A DNA stretch of 45,426 bases, from contig NC_057717.1 in NCBI RefSeq assembly GCF_004010195.1, forward strand, positions 102,979,676 through 103,025,101, written 5' to 3'. The notes beneath the pieces were generated by a model that saw nothing but the letters and a program-made list of their open reading frames with translations, was not told the origin of the DNA and did not search any database. This stretch comes from Chiloscyllium plagiosum (Eukaryota). This document shows positions 10,701 through 21,577 of this stretch, piece by piece. The first letter of the stretch is position 1, and every line of letters begins with the position of its first letter. The translations under genes were made by a program, and so were the position numbers.

Positions 10701-10979
10701 TAGTTTTTCTCATTAATTGGCAGTACAAGACTTGAATAATGCTGCCTTTTTTCTTATCGGTGCCCCTGTTTGACCAGTTGGTTTATCTGCCAACAAATAT
10801 CTCCCATGGCCAGGTTCTTGTAGCTTGGAGGCCATAAGGCAACCAAGAGACCAACTCTCAGCTTAGTTGGGCTCTCCTGTTTCCTTGACATGTTCAACCC
10901 AATATTATGACCAATACCTCACCATGGTGTAAGCATCTTCATTGGCTGTCATGTGCTTTAGAATGTCATGAAGCCTTTG

Positions 10980-11222
10980 TTTATTCTCAGGTGGGAAGTA
11001 GGCATTGTTGGCTAGTCCAGCTTGTATTGTCCATCCTTGGTTTCCCTTGAGAAAGTGGCAGTGAGCTGCCTTCTTGAACTGCTTTACATCTACAATATCA
11101 TTAGGGAGGGAGTTCCAGGATTTTGACCCAGCGATAGTGGAGGAACGATGATATATTTCCAAGTCAGGATAATAAGTGCCCTGGAAAGAAAGTTACAAGG
11201 GGGCGGCTGTTCCCATGTATCT
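10980..11222 (-). mobile_element. CR1/L2-superclade LINE 3' end
   Basis: ORF 10905-11162 contains AGSKSWNSLPNDIV...QFKKAAHCHFLKGN; same family as 26320-26640. Confidence 0.75.
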
Positions 11223-11722
11223 NNNNNNNNNNNNNNNNNNNNNNNNNNNNNNNNNNNNNNNNNNNNNNNNNNNNNNNNNNNNNNNNNNNNNNNNNNNNNN
11301 NNNNNNNNNNNNNNNNNNNNNNNNNNNNNNNNNNNNNNNNNNNNNNNNNNNNNNNNNNNNNNNNNNNNNNNNNNNNNNNNNNNNNNNNNNNNNNNNNNNN
11401 NNNNNNNNNNNNNNNNNNNNNNNNNNNNNNNNNNNNNNNNNNNNNNNNNNNNNNNNNNNNNNNNNNNNNNNNNNNNNNNNNNNNNNNNNNNNNNNNNNNN
11501 NNNNNNNNNNNNNNNNNNNNNNNNNNNNNNNNNNNNNNNNNNNNNNNNNNNNNNNNNNNNNNNNNNNNNNNNNNNNNNNNNNNNNNNNNNNNNNNNNNNN
11601 NNNNNNNNNNNNNNNNNNNNNNNNNNNNNNNNNNNNNNNNNNNNNNNNNNNNNNNNNNNNNNNNNNNNNNNNNNNNNNNNNNNNNNNNNNNNNNNNNNNN
11701 NNNNNNNNNNNNNNNNNNNNNN
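11223..11722. other. Assembly gap (500 N)
   Basis: Exactly 500 Ns, a placeholder size; true length unknown. Confidence 0.99.
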
Positions 11723-11881
11723 AGTTCTGAGAGCGCTGCTCCTTCATCAGGTGACTATTTACCTAATGAAGGAGGAGCGCTCTGAAAGTCAGTGCTTCCA
11801 ATTAAACCTGTTGGACTATAACCTGGCATTGTGTGATTTTTAACTTTGTCCACCCCAGTCCAACGCCAGCACCTCCACATC
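11723..11881 (+). mobile_element. PLE-derived fold-back module, family B, two opposed hammerhead-like cores
   Basis: 'gagcgctgctccttcatcaggtg actattt acctaatgaaggaggagcgctctgaaag' then tail 'aattaaacctgttggactataacctgg...ccccagtccaacgccagcacctccacatc'. Confidence 0.8.
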
Positions 11882-11889
11882 TTGTCAAT

Positions 11890-12495
11890 GAAAGTAGACA
11901 GGCATGTGTTACAAGCAATAGAAATGCAGATGGTATAATGGCCTTCATTGCAAGCAGATTAGGGTTAAGAAGTCGGGTTGTCTAACTGCAGTGATACAGA
12001 ACCTTGTGACACCCCATCCAGAGTATTGCATTTTAATCTCCCAAGTTAAGAAAGGATATACTTGCCATGCAAGGAGTGCAATGGGGGTTCACTCAGCTGT
12101 TAGTGGAGATGGCCTATGAGGAGAAATTGGTTTGACTCACTGGAGTTTAAATGATGAGAGGGGGATCTGATTAAAACATATTAAATTTTAACAAGACAGG
12201 ACATAATGGACGCAGGGGGATGCAGTTTCTCTCCTGGTTGGAGAGTCTAGAACGGTCTCAGGATACGGGATAAGTAAGCATTTTTACACTCAGAGGCTAG
12301 TGAACATGTGGAATTGTCCTCACAGTAGGTTCTGGGACAAATCACTCAATGTACTCAAGAAAGAGAGATACATTTTTAAGGTATTAAGGGGTAGGGGAAG
12401 GAAACAGGACTGTAACATTGAGATAGAGGATCAACCATGATCATATTGAATGGTTTAGTAGGATCGAAGGGCTGAAAGGCCTCCCCCTGCAACTG
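11890..12495 (+). mobile_element. CR1 LINE 3' portion, degenerate
   Basis: 'ggccttcattgcaag...aagaaaggatatacttgcc...ggatcaaccatgatcatattgaatgg...gaagggctgaaaggcct'. Confidence 0.8.
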
Positions 12496-12946
12496 GTTTG
12501 GATTATCCGAATGTTGGATAAGGTAATGGTCATGAACTAGTTAATGTATTGGCAATGCTGGAGATCCGGGCAGTTTGATACTTAACACATCGACTGGATG
12601 GAGACCGGGGTAGCTTGTGGGAGGACGTATCCCAAAGCTCAAGTTGGCTGGAGTCTGGATGTTCTCCTGAAGGAGGCCCACATGTGCTACCTCACTCCTG
12701 CTAATGCAACCTGTGCGTCGTTACTGAGGTGCAATAAACCACATCTTATTAGCAAGGCCAAGACTTGCTTATGGTCCATCCTCCAACACAGACTACTGTC
12801 ACCATTGACCAGTATCAGAAGGTGGATTGGAGACTGCTGCCTACCCTGATCCCGAGCTTTCTGTGGTTGGTCTCCGAGGATCACATTGCTATTACAACAC
12901 TTTCAATTGCTCCCTAAAGGACTTCAGCTACTCCCAGACGTAGAGG

Positions 12947-13045
12947 TGCCTGATGAAGGAGCAGCGTTCCGAAAGCTTGTGATTTCAAATCAACCTGTTC
13001 GACTGTAACTTGGTGAGGGGGAGGGAGGTGTGTGACTTCTGACCT
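12947..13045 (+). mobile_element. PLE-derived module, family B
   Basis: 'tgcctgatgaaggagcagcgttccgaaagcttgtgatttcaaatcaacctgttcgactgtaacttggtg', colinear with 11761-11845. Confidence 0.75.
12950..12978 (+). ncRNA. Minimal hammerhead ribozyme core (family B)
   Basis: CTGATGA-A-GGAGC-AGC-GTTCC-GAAA-GC-TT; 5-bp stem II with one G-U; palindromic AGCT; flanks tgc/gtg can form a weak helix I. Confidence 0.7.
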
Positions 13046-13087
13046 ATTCCCAGACAACATTGGTTAGGCATGTTACAAAGGGCATGG

Positions 13088-13172
13088 AGTCGATAAATGA
13101 GGTGCTGGAAAAGGCACAGCAGGTCAGGCAGCATCTGAGGAGTAAGAGAGTTGACACAACACTTTATCAGGA
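13088..13172 (-). mobile_element. Degenerate family A PLE module
   Basis: 'gtgctggaaaaggcacagcaggtcaggcagcatctgaggag...tttatcagga'; core eroded. Confidence 0.7.
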
Positions 13173-13247
13173 CTCAAAAAGTATGGAGCCAAGAGACATC
13201 AAGATATAGTTCAGGCACAAGATGGAGCAGGCTCCAGGGGCTGAATT

Positions 13248-13553
13248 TTAGATTAGATGACCCTACAGTGCAGAAACAGGCCCTTCGGCCCAACAAGCCC
13301 ACACCGACCCTCCGAAGAGTAACCCACCCAGTCCCATTTCCCTCTCACTAATGCACCTAACACTATGGGCAACTTAGCATGGCCAATTCACCTGACCTGC
13401 ACATTTTTGGACTGTGGGAGGAAACAGGAGCAGCCGGAGAAAACCCACGCAGATACAGTGAGAATGTGCAAACTCCACACAGACAGTCACCCGAGGCTGG
13501 AATCGAACCTGGGACCCTGGTGCTGTGAGGCAGCAGTGCTAACCACTGAGCAA
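13248..13553 (-). mobile_element. HE1-type V-SINE
   Basis: 'ttagattagatgaccctacagtgcagaaacaggcccttcggccc...ggaatcgaacctgggaccctggtgctgtgaggcagcagtgctaaccactgagc'. Confidence 0.9.
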
Positions 13554-13999
13554 CCCTTTCTGTAGCAAACCACTTGATATTTAACTCTGACTTTTTAACA
13601 TCAGTTCAGAAATTCTTTAAGCCCGCCAGGTCAAAATATCTTCGGTCTTCCCTCTCTGTGTTCTGCAATAAAAAGTGATAATGTTCAGCAGCTTCTGAGG
13701 GGAGAGCGAGAGAGGTGGGGTTTACATTTCAGCTCAATGATCACAAATTGAAGCTCTAACTCTGGCTTCATCCTTGCTCCCTTCTTGGACCCTATCAAAT
13801 GCTTGCAACATTTTCCGTTCCCTCCTGCAATGCCATTAGGCACCAGCATTCTTTTTCGTCTTCCCAGGATTTGAAGAAATCGAAGTATTTAGCGTCATCC
13901 CGATCAACAGCAAGAAGTAAACTCGTTGAGCTAAACATCACATTTGATCGGAATCTGGCTGGTTTAAGATTGGGAAGTTGATGAGTAGGTTCGCAGGTC

Positions 14000-14300
14000 T
14001 AATTGAAGGATCGAGTTGGGCACATGAAAACAGTTTGAAGGGCTTTTCTTGGGGACAGTCTTTAATTGGTTTTATTTCAGACAATGCAAAGTGCACTCAC
14101 AACATACGTTATCCCATCTGTTTGTCATTTCGACTGTATATCAAAAAGAATGGTTTTCTATGGGTTGCAGCCAAGAACAATTTTAATTTGACATTGTTTT
14201 GAATTATTATGGAAAAACATCCCCTGCACAGAAACAGACATTAGTGAGTCAGGAGCATCAGTGTTTATCTGAGCTTCCTGCTCTCAATCTCCAGAGCAGA
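14000..14300. promoter_or_regulatory. Unique island, candidate enhancer/CNE
   Basis: TAATTG x2, TGACA/TGTCA, AP-1 TGAGTCA near 14245; no repeat match noticed. Confidence 0.3.
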
Positions 14301-14319
14301 CAAGCTCCCCTTTTGAGAG

Positions 14320-14715
14320 GGTAGCAGACTGACATTCTGAGACTCAAGACCCTGGTTCAAACTCCTCTCTGGAAATGAACATCATGGCTGACCGTCCATT
14401 GAGGGAGTACTACGTAGTCTGAGGTGCCATTCTTCAAATGAAACCCATCAAACCCCTGGCCCCATGAGTCCTCTTAAACTGTACAAGATTCCACAGCCAA
14501 TGTTTCTCCTGCCCACTTTTCCTAGCTGATAATTATCTCTTCAACATCATCACAGAAACAGATTATTTGGTCATTATCATATTTGTGGAGACTTGCCACA
14601 CACCTACGCTGCGTTTCCCAGGCTACAACAGCAACTACACGTTGAAAGGAAATTGATGGTTGTGAAGTGCTTTGTGATGCCCTGTGCTTGTGTAAGGTGC
14701 AACATAAATGCAATT
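14320..14715 (+). mobile_element. DeuSINE (SacSINE1/AmnSINE1-like), near full length
   Basis: B box 'ggttcaaactcc'; 'tgagggagtactacgtagtctgaggtgcc'; Deu-domain-like 'cagaaacagattatttggtcattatca'; L2-like tail 'aaggtgcaacataaatgcaa'. Confidence 0.75.
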
Positions 14716-14884
14716 CTCCACCCCCCTCCCGCCCCCTCCCCCACCCCGTGAATCGACAATTCCTGGCATGTTCAATGATTGTCAGAGGCAACCTGGATAC
14801 AGAGCCATTTCCCCAGGCTCAAAGTGTCAGTGTCAGAGCTAACAAAGCCAGTTTTAAAGCAATGTGTACAGAAGTTAGAGAGCT

Positions 14885-14982
14885 AAGCAGAAAATGCTAG
14901 AGAAACTCAGTAGGTCTGGCCGCATCCGTGAAGAGAGATACAGAGTTAGTGTTTTGAGTCAGGTATGGCGCTTTCTTCAGAA
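14885..14982 (-). mobile_element. Family C PLE terminal module, degenerate core
   Basis: 'cagaaaatgctagagaaactcagtaggtctggccgcatcc...cagagttagtgttttgagtc...ttcttcagaa'; minus strand CTGAAGA...AAAA. Confidence 0.65.
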
Positions 14983-15278
14983 ATGTTTAGCCCCTTCAAT
15001 TCTTCCAATCCATTCCCTCTGGGCTTCTTGTGATGTTGTACACCTCAATTAAATCTTCCCATCAGCAGTCTCTTTTCCAAGGCAATAATCTCAGCCTATG
15101 CAACCTTTTCTCATTTATTCTATCTGTCAGAATGCAGAAACACAGGGACTTCCCTCTATTTCTCTGTCTGGCACAACTGCAACATCTCTATAAGGCTCAT
15201 CATGACATGTTAGTCCTAATTTTGTCTTTTACTCCCCCAGTTAAAAAAGGAACCAAAATAAACACCCAAGGGAGTGTG

Positions 15279-16090
15279 CGTTATGATCAGCTGAGTTGGA
15301 GTACATCAACTCCTCTCTTTTTGAACTACTCTTGGTCAGTATCAATAAATATTGCTAGGTTTTTTTAAGCACACAGCTGTCACATTTCAGTTAAAATGTA
15401 ACACTAGTCAAAATTAAGGAGTTGATTTCAAGGTTTTCTTGAGTGAAGGAAAGAGGAATTTTATTACCTGCTAACACAGAGAAAAGCAACAAAGCATGAC
15501 ATCAAACACACCTGCACAAAGGCAGGTAGAAAGTTTAAAAAGAAGAATTTGTCTGGTACAGACAGGAAGAATAAAGGATATGCAGTTTAGAAGTCCTTAG
15601 AGTCCTGGAAGTGTTAGTTTGATGCGATGGTTTAATGATTGACTTGTATTCTCAGTGGAAGCAAAATCTGTAGGCATCTTTGAGTTCTTGATGAATGATC
15701 ATTTCCTTTCATTACCAAGCACTGCTTTTGTAAAGATGGAGAGAAAACAGAGAGAAAGAGTTCCTGTCCAGCTGTTACCAATCCAAATTTCTTTCTCATC
15801 CCTGCTGCTCAAAAGCAACTGCTGAAATAAGGTTCATTTGAGTATTTCAGTGTCTGGCCCCGTTGTCTTTCTAGGATACTCCACCACCATATCCAATATG
15901 TGCTGTTTATCAGGCACATGCAAATTGAAACAGGAGGTAGCAGTTTCTTCTTGCTTAACTTAGTGTGTGGCTCTGATCTCATCAAATAATGTAGTAGTTT
16001 CAGTTCAGATGGTTTTGTTCATTACTCATTGCTTTCCGGAGCATGACTCAATCTGTGGACAGGTGACTGCCCCTGCCATTTTAATCAGTG
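15279..16090. mobile_element. Possible old LTR (solo) remnant
   Basis: Starts 'cgttatga' like the LTR end at 2724 and has similar composition; right end and TSD not found. Confidence 0.25.
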
Positions 16091-16282
16091 TTGATCATGT
16101 TAAAGCTATTCTAGTCAGTGAAAGGTCTAAGGTATTTACAATCAGATGATGGAAGTGGAAAATCAATAGTCCATGGTTTACTAATACAAGACAAAAGGAA
16201 AAGAAGTATATGTTGATAGAACAAAATGAATTTGGACAGGTGGGGCCAATGAGGAATATAAACACTGGTTTGGACTCGTTGG

Positions 16283-16445
16283 TCCATAAGACCATAAGAC
16301 ATAGGAGTGGAAGTAAGGCCATTCAGCCCATCGAGTCCACTCCGCTATTCAATCATGGTTGATGGGCATTTCAACACCACTTACCCGCACTCTCCCCATA
16401 TCCCTTAATTCCTTGCTAGATTAAGAATTTACCAATCTCTGCCTT
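16283..16445 (-). mobile_element. CR1 3' tail with (CCATAAGA)n
   Basis: 'ccataagaccataagacataggagtggaagtaaggccattcagcccatcgag'. Confidence 0.8.
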
Positions 16446-16854
16446 TTGGACGAGGTGGCACAATACTGTAAATTCTGTCAAATATCAAACTCAACTTATG
16501 TTTTGCGTGGTCATAGATAGTTGTATGCCAAGAATGGAACATCCAGTTTCAACACTTAGTGAAACTATCTGAGACCAAATAGTTCTAGGAGAATTATCAT
16601 GGCAAAGCAAATCTTCAGAGACACAATCAGCTGAGGAAAGGCCTCAATTTTAAAGAGGAGAGATCAAAATAGAAAGAAGAGATAAGTGCTTTCAGTTCTT
16701 CAGCTGAGGTCGCTAGTTGACACAGTCATAAAACATCCCTGGTTCAATACCTAGTTTGAGATATTCCCTAGTCTAATCATGGTGTGGGGTTGTTTTAAAC
16801 TTGATGGTTAGGGAAGGCAGATTGACCGAGTTGCTGGTCAGAATCCATATGATC

Positions 16855-17223
16855 ATATGAGAAAATGAATCAGGAGCAGAATTATGTCATTTAACCCCTT
16901 AAACTTTCTCCGGCATTCAATAAGATCATGGTTGAGCTTATTGTAATCTCAAGTCTGCATCACTGCTTACCCTGATAACCTTTCACACTACCTCCCACCC
17001 TACTTTAAACCTATGTTCTCTAGTTCTGGACTCCCCCACCCCCAGAGAAAAGACATTGTCTATTTACCCTATCCATTTCTCTCATGATTTTATAAGATCA
17101 CCCCTCAGCCTCCGACACTCCAGGGAAAATAGCCCCAGCCTATTCAGCCTCTGCCTATAGCTCACCCCTTCTAAAACTGGCAACGTCCTTGTAAATTTTT
17201 TCTGAACCCTTTCAAGTTTCACA
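16855..17223 (-). mobile_element. CR1 fragments (tail 16855-17000; HER1-type piece 17003-17223)
   Basis: 'ctctagttctggactcccc...tccagggaaaatagccccagcctattcagcct...tgaaccctttcaagtttcaca'. Confidence 0.8.
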
Positions 17224-17565
17224 AGAGGTTCATAAAATCATGAGGGGCACTGATAGGGTGAACAGCCAAGGTCTTTTCTCCAGTGGTGAGGGAGTCCAAA
17301 ACTAGAGGACAGAGGTTTAAGGTGAGAGGGGAAAGATTTAAAAAGGACCTATGGGGCAACTTTTTCACACAGAGGGTGGTGCGTGTATGGAATGAGCTGC
17401 CAGAGGAAGTGGTGGAGGCTGGTACACATGCAACATTTAAGAGGCATCTGGATGGGTATACAAATAGGAAGGGTTTGGAGGGATATGGGCCAAGTGCTGG
17501 CAAGTGGGACTAGATTAATTTAGGATATCTGGCCGGCATGGAAGGGTTGGTCTATTTCAATGCTA
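17224..17565 (+). mobile_element. CR1/HER1 LINE 3' end
   Basis: ORF 17283-17513: ESKTRGQRFKVRGERFKKDLWGNFFTQRVVRVWNELPEEVVEAG...FKRHLDGY. Confidence 0.9.
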
Positions 17566-17915
17566 AAAGTCACACAACACCAGGTTGTAGTCCAACAGGT
17601 TTATTTGGAAGCACTAGCTTTTGGAGCGCTGCTCCTTCATCAGGTAACAGCGCTCTGAAAGTTAGTGCAGAGGAACCTCGATTATCCAAAGGGCACGGGC
17701 GGGGAGTAATTCACTCGGTTAATCGAATTCGGATAATAGAATGGCGGATAACATAGTTTAGCCGAGCATGGGGAACCTTGCGACCTTGCTGAATAATCCG
17801 ATGTTCAGATAATCAAATGCCAGATAATTGAGGCTCCTCTGTACTTCCAAAGAAACCTGTTAGACTGTGATTTTTAACTTTGTCCATCCCAGTCCAACAC
17901 TGGCTCCTCCATATC
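17566..17915. mobile_element. Family B PLE fold-back module, split by a MITE
   Basis: Left arm 'aaagtcacacaacaccaggttgtagtccaacagg...ccttcatcagg', right arm '...ctgaaagttagt[MITE]cttccaaagaaacctgttagact'; 'ttcaatgcta' at 17556-17565 and 17924-17933. Confidence 0.85.
17668..17841. mobile_element. Tc1/mariner(Tigger)-type MITE
   Basis: TIRs CAGAGGAACCTCGATTATC and revcomp CAGAGGAGCCTCAATTATC (17 of 19 match); TA on the right flank, TG on the left. Confidence 0.8.
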
Positions 17916-17944
17916 CTAGCGACTTCAATGCTATACAGCTCTTT

Positions 17945-17997
17945 GAACATTGGATTATCCAGCAAGCTTGCAAGGTCCCAATGCTCGGCTAAACTAT
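17945..17997 (-). mobile_element. Internal fragment of the same MITE, inverted
   Basis: 'gaacattggattatccagcaagcttgcaaggtcccaatgctcggctaaactat' is close to the reverse complement of 17753-17806. Confidence 0.75.
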
Positions 17998-18159
17998 CGC
18001 TGACTCTATGACCCAGGGTTCCACTATTCAGAACAAACTCCCTTGCCTTGTCAATCCTTAAAAATGCATCACCTCATACTTTTCAAGATTAAATTTTATT
18101 TGCCACTGTCTGACAAGCCAATCTGTATCAGTGTAGTTCACCTGTGGGGAGAAGGCAGG

Positions 18160-18660
18160 ACCTTTGTTTAATGTATACAACCAAAAAAAGCAATAAGCTG
18201 CAGGCCCTGGCTTTGTCCCTCATTTTCATGTTGCGAATCTTTAATGGATTTCTGTTGCAATATCTTTCCCTGTAATGGATTCTGAGAGATAACCAATCAA
18301 CATTTACCCAAAAGGACGCTTGAATTTTTTTAAAAAATGATTGCACAACACTGTATTTCTTGTAATCATTAGGAACTATCCTGATTCCAAATAAAAAAAG
18401 AAAAACTAATAAACTCAGGAGCATCTTCACTGCTGTCCACGATGTTTTCCCACAATGACATTTTAATGGTTTGCAAGCAAAATGGATATCCCTGGTATGA
18501 ATTTCATTTAGAATACAAATCAGACACTGACTGAGAGTTTTATTGTGAAAAAATGAGTCAATTGTCTTGGGGCAAAAAGATTTTCCCTTCTCCGTGTGGA
18601 GTGAAGTTAAATTAATAAAAATGCAAAAGGACTGACAAGATGTTATTGCAGTTCTCAAAT
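18160..18660. promoter_or_regulatory. Unique AT-rich island, candidate enhancer/CNE
   Basis: TAATGG x3, TAATCATTA, TTAATTAA, TGAGTCA, TGACA; no repeat match noticed. Confidence 0.35.
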
Positions 18661-19149
18661 GCTCTTGGCCTCATTCGAGTTCAGCTCCTTTGATGAGTAA
18701 CACTCAACATTCTGGTCTCTGGGGTCAATAGAATCCCCTAATAACTGCATCTCAAAGACAACAAACGAAAAATGAATGAGTTGGGACCACGAGCCTCATC
18801 AGAAAAAAAAATTGTCTTCTGATACCTACTCCCTAATAATGATGCCTGAATGTTTCAACTGAAGAGGTTACATCCGTATGTCCCACCACTGAGAGTATCA
18901 CTGTACTCACCACCAGCCACCCTCATGGAAGGTCAATGCATGCTGACAGCTGGGACAGTGCTTTACCTCTGATAGGCTTGACACAACTGGAAGCTAGTCC
19001 GTGTGTTGTGAGCCGGGGTGTGTTCACTCAAAGACGGCAGTCAGATTTTGTCTGGGTTTGAACTCTGTGCATCAAAGGGCCCACGTCCCGTAGGCTGAGC
19101 GAGCGTTGGTGGTACTGAGGTCGCATTGTATTGGTGGACCGCTTTTTAT

Positions 19150-19637
19150 TAATTCATCCATTTACAGGATGAGCGCATCGCTGGTTAGGAGAGCATTTAT
19201 TGGCCATCTCTAACTGTTGAGGAGTCAGCCACATTGGAGTGGGTCTGGAGTCGCATGTAGGCCAGACCAGATAAGGATTCAAGCAGCATTCAAAAAACGC
19301 CCGGATGGATACATGAATAGGAAGGGAACAGAGGCATACGGATCCTGTAAGTGAAGACAGTTTTAGCATGGAAGGGCAGAATGTGTCAGCACAGGCTTGG
19401 AGGGCTGAAGGGCCTGTTCCTGTGCTGGATTATTCTTTGGTAGTTTCCTTCCCTTGGTGAACCAAATGGGATTTTCCTGACAATTGTTCATTGTCATCAT
19501 TAGACTCTTAATTCCAGATTTTTTTTAAATTGAAATTCCATCATCTGCAACAGTTGGATTTGAACCCAGGTCTCCGGAATCTTAACTGGGTCACTGGTTT
19601 AATTGCCTGATGATATTACCACAAGGCCATTGCCTCT
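19150..19637 (-). mobile_element. tRNA-derived SINE 'type B' with nested CR1 tail (19279-19437, +)
   Basis: Reverse complement of 34865-35432; interrupted at 'gataaggat|...|gtagtttccttccc'. Confidence 0.8.
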
Positions 19638-19692
19638 GCTTGACTTGACATTTAGTCGAGGCCTTGTCTGGGTGGGTATTGGATCCTATCAT

Positions 19693-20010
19693 CGCACGAT
19701 GGCTCAATAGTTAGCACTGCTGCCTCACATAGTCAGGGACCCAGGTTCGATTCTAAATTCGGTCTGTGTGGAGTTTCCTCTGGGTTCTCTGATTTCGTCC
19801 CACAGTCAAAAGATGTGCAAGCTAGGTAGATTAGCCGTGGGAAATTGCCCATAGTGTCCAGGGATGTGCAGGCTAGATGGGTTAGCCATGGGAAATGCAG
19901 AGTTACAGAGATAAGGTAGGAGGCTGGATCTGGGTGGGATGCTCTTCAGAGAGTCAGTATGGACTTGAGGAGCCGAATGGCCTCTTTCCACACTGTAGGC
20001 ATTCTATAAT
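19693..20010 (+). mobile_element. HE1-type V-SINE (internal deletion)
   Basis: 'gcacgatggctcaatagttagcactgctgcctcac...ggttcgattc...ttccacactgtaggcattcta'. Confidence 0.85.
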
Positions 20011-20139
20011 CTGCTCATGGGATGTGGCCCCTGCTGGCTGAGTCAATGTTTGTTGCCCTGTGACGCAACCGAGCTCACTAGGGCCATTACAGAGGGCAAC
20101 CATACTTGTGTTGGTCTGGAGTCACACGTAGACTGGGAC

Positions 20140-20600
20140 ATAGAACTGTACAGGACAGGAACACACCAGTTGGCCCACAGTATTGTACTGAGTATGATGC
20201 CAAATTAAACTAATCACATCTGCCCTCCTTTTATCTAAATCCCTCTATACGTAGAGTCATAGAGATGTACAGCACGGAAACAGACCCGTCGGTCCAACTC
20301 ATCCGTGCCAACTAGATGTCCTAAATTAATCTAGACCCATTTCCCAGCATTTGGCCTATATTCCTCTGAACCCTTCCTATTCATATACCCATCAGTCCTT
20401 GCATATTCATGTGCTTATCTAAAAGTCCCTTAAACATCCCTATCATATCTGCCTCCACTAGCACCCTTGGCAATGTGTTCCAAACTCCTACCACTCTCTG
20501 TGTAAAAGGCTTGCCCCTCACATCTCCTTTGAACCTTGCCTCTCTCACCTTGACTGCATACCCCCCTAGTATTAGACATTTCAACTCTGGGAAGACCAGG
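20140..20600 (-). mobile_element. Nested CR1 3' ends
   Basis: ORF 20381-20638 contains VKVREARFKGDVRGKPFTQRVVGVWNTLP...FKGLLDKHMN; second tail 'tagagtcatagagatgtacagcacggaaac' near 20252. Confidence 0.85.
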
Positions 20601-20699
20601 TAAAGATTGAAATTTTTTTGTGAATAGGACAACTTCAATGACCTCTCCTGTCTCCTGCATGCAGAGCTCAGAGCTCACTGTGATCGCTGGTTTGGTTTC

Positions 20700-21075
20700 T
20701 GGTCTGGCAACACCTCAATAATGAAACACTTATCTTTATGTTCAAAATTCCTTCCCGGGCTGTCTCTGTAACCCACGCTGACTCTCGAACCTTCTGAAGT
20801 TGCTTCATTCCTCAAAATCCAGCCTCTTGCATGTTTGCAATTGTCATCACTCCAGCACTGGTGGCTGTATCATTAATAACAGAGACTCACACCTCTGGAA
20901 TTCCTTACTGAAACCTGTCCGACTCGCTTTCTCCTCTGTTCAAGGCACTGCTTAAAGCCTCATTCTTGTCATTGCTCCAAATATTTCTGACTCCTACTTG
21001 ATGTTAATTCCTGCAGTGCTGGATGGGGGAGAGGCGGTTACCATGCTGAAGGCACTACAGACATGCAAGTTGTTG
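20700..21075 (+). mobile_element. L2-type LINE 3' end, degenerate
   Basis: 'ctctggaattccttactgaaacct...ttcaaggcactgcttaaagcc' and tail 'aaggcactacagacatgcaagttgttg'. Confidence 0.6.
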
Positions 21076-21267
21076 CTCTGGGCAAAATCCCATCGTGTAC
21101 CACTGCAAAAAATAAAAACAGGTTCAAATGCTTTCCAGGAAACTTTGTTCCAAACGTTGATTTCCACAATTCACCAATGCACCTTGCAAGTTGAAATGCA
21201 GTTTCTACCACCAATGTTTTACGTTAGATTTAGAGAACTCTACAGCAGTGAAGGTCATTAAGTATAT

Positions 21268-21577
21268 AGTGTGTGTGAGTGTGTGTGCATGCGAGTGTGT
21301 GTGTTTGTGTTGAGTGAATGTGATTGTGTGTGTGTGAGTATGTGTCTTTATGAGAGAGAGAGTGTGTGTGTGTGAGTGTATACGCGTATGCGTGTGTGAG
21401 AGAGTGCGTGTGTGTGAGTGAATTTGATTGTGTGTGTGTGTGAGTGTGCGTGTGTGCGTGCGTGTGTGTGAAAGAATGTGCGTATGTGCGTGAGTGAATG
21501 TGATTGTGTGCGTGTGTTTGTGTGTGTGTGAGTGAATTTGATTGTGTATATGTGTGTGTGGGTGTGTGTGTGTGTGT
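21268..21577. repeat. Interrupted (TG)n/(CA)n microsatellite tract
   Basis: About 310 bp of TG-rich sequence with a recurring GAGTGAAT(G/T)TGATTG motif. Confidence 0.95.

Noticed and set aside
11148..11843. Longest ORFs in the track (184-231 aa)
   Set aside because: Artefacts of translating through the 500-N gap.
13605..13662. Minus-strand acceptor 'ctttttattgcag' as the next exon
   Set aside because: All frames stop within 20 codons and no good donor follows.
18128..18658. 176-aa minus-strand ORF
   Set aside because: No recognisable domain, AT-rich with homopolymer runs, no convincing splice context; better read as a non-coding island.
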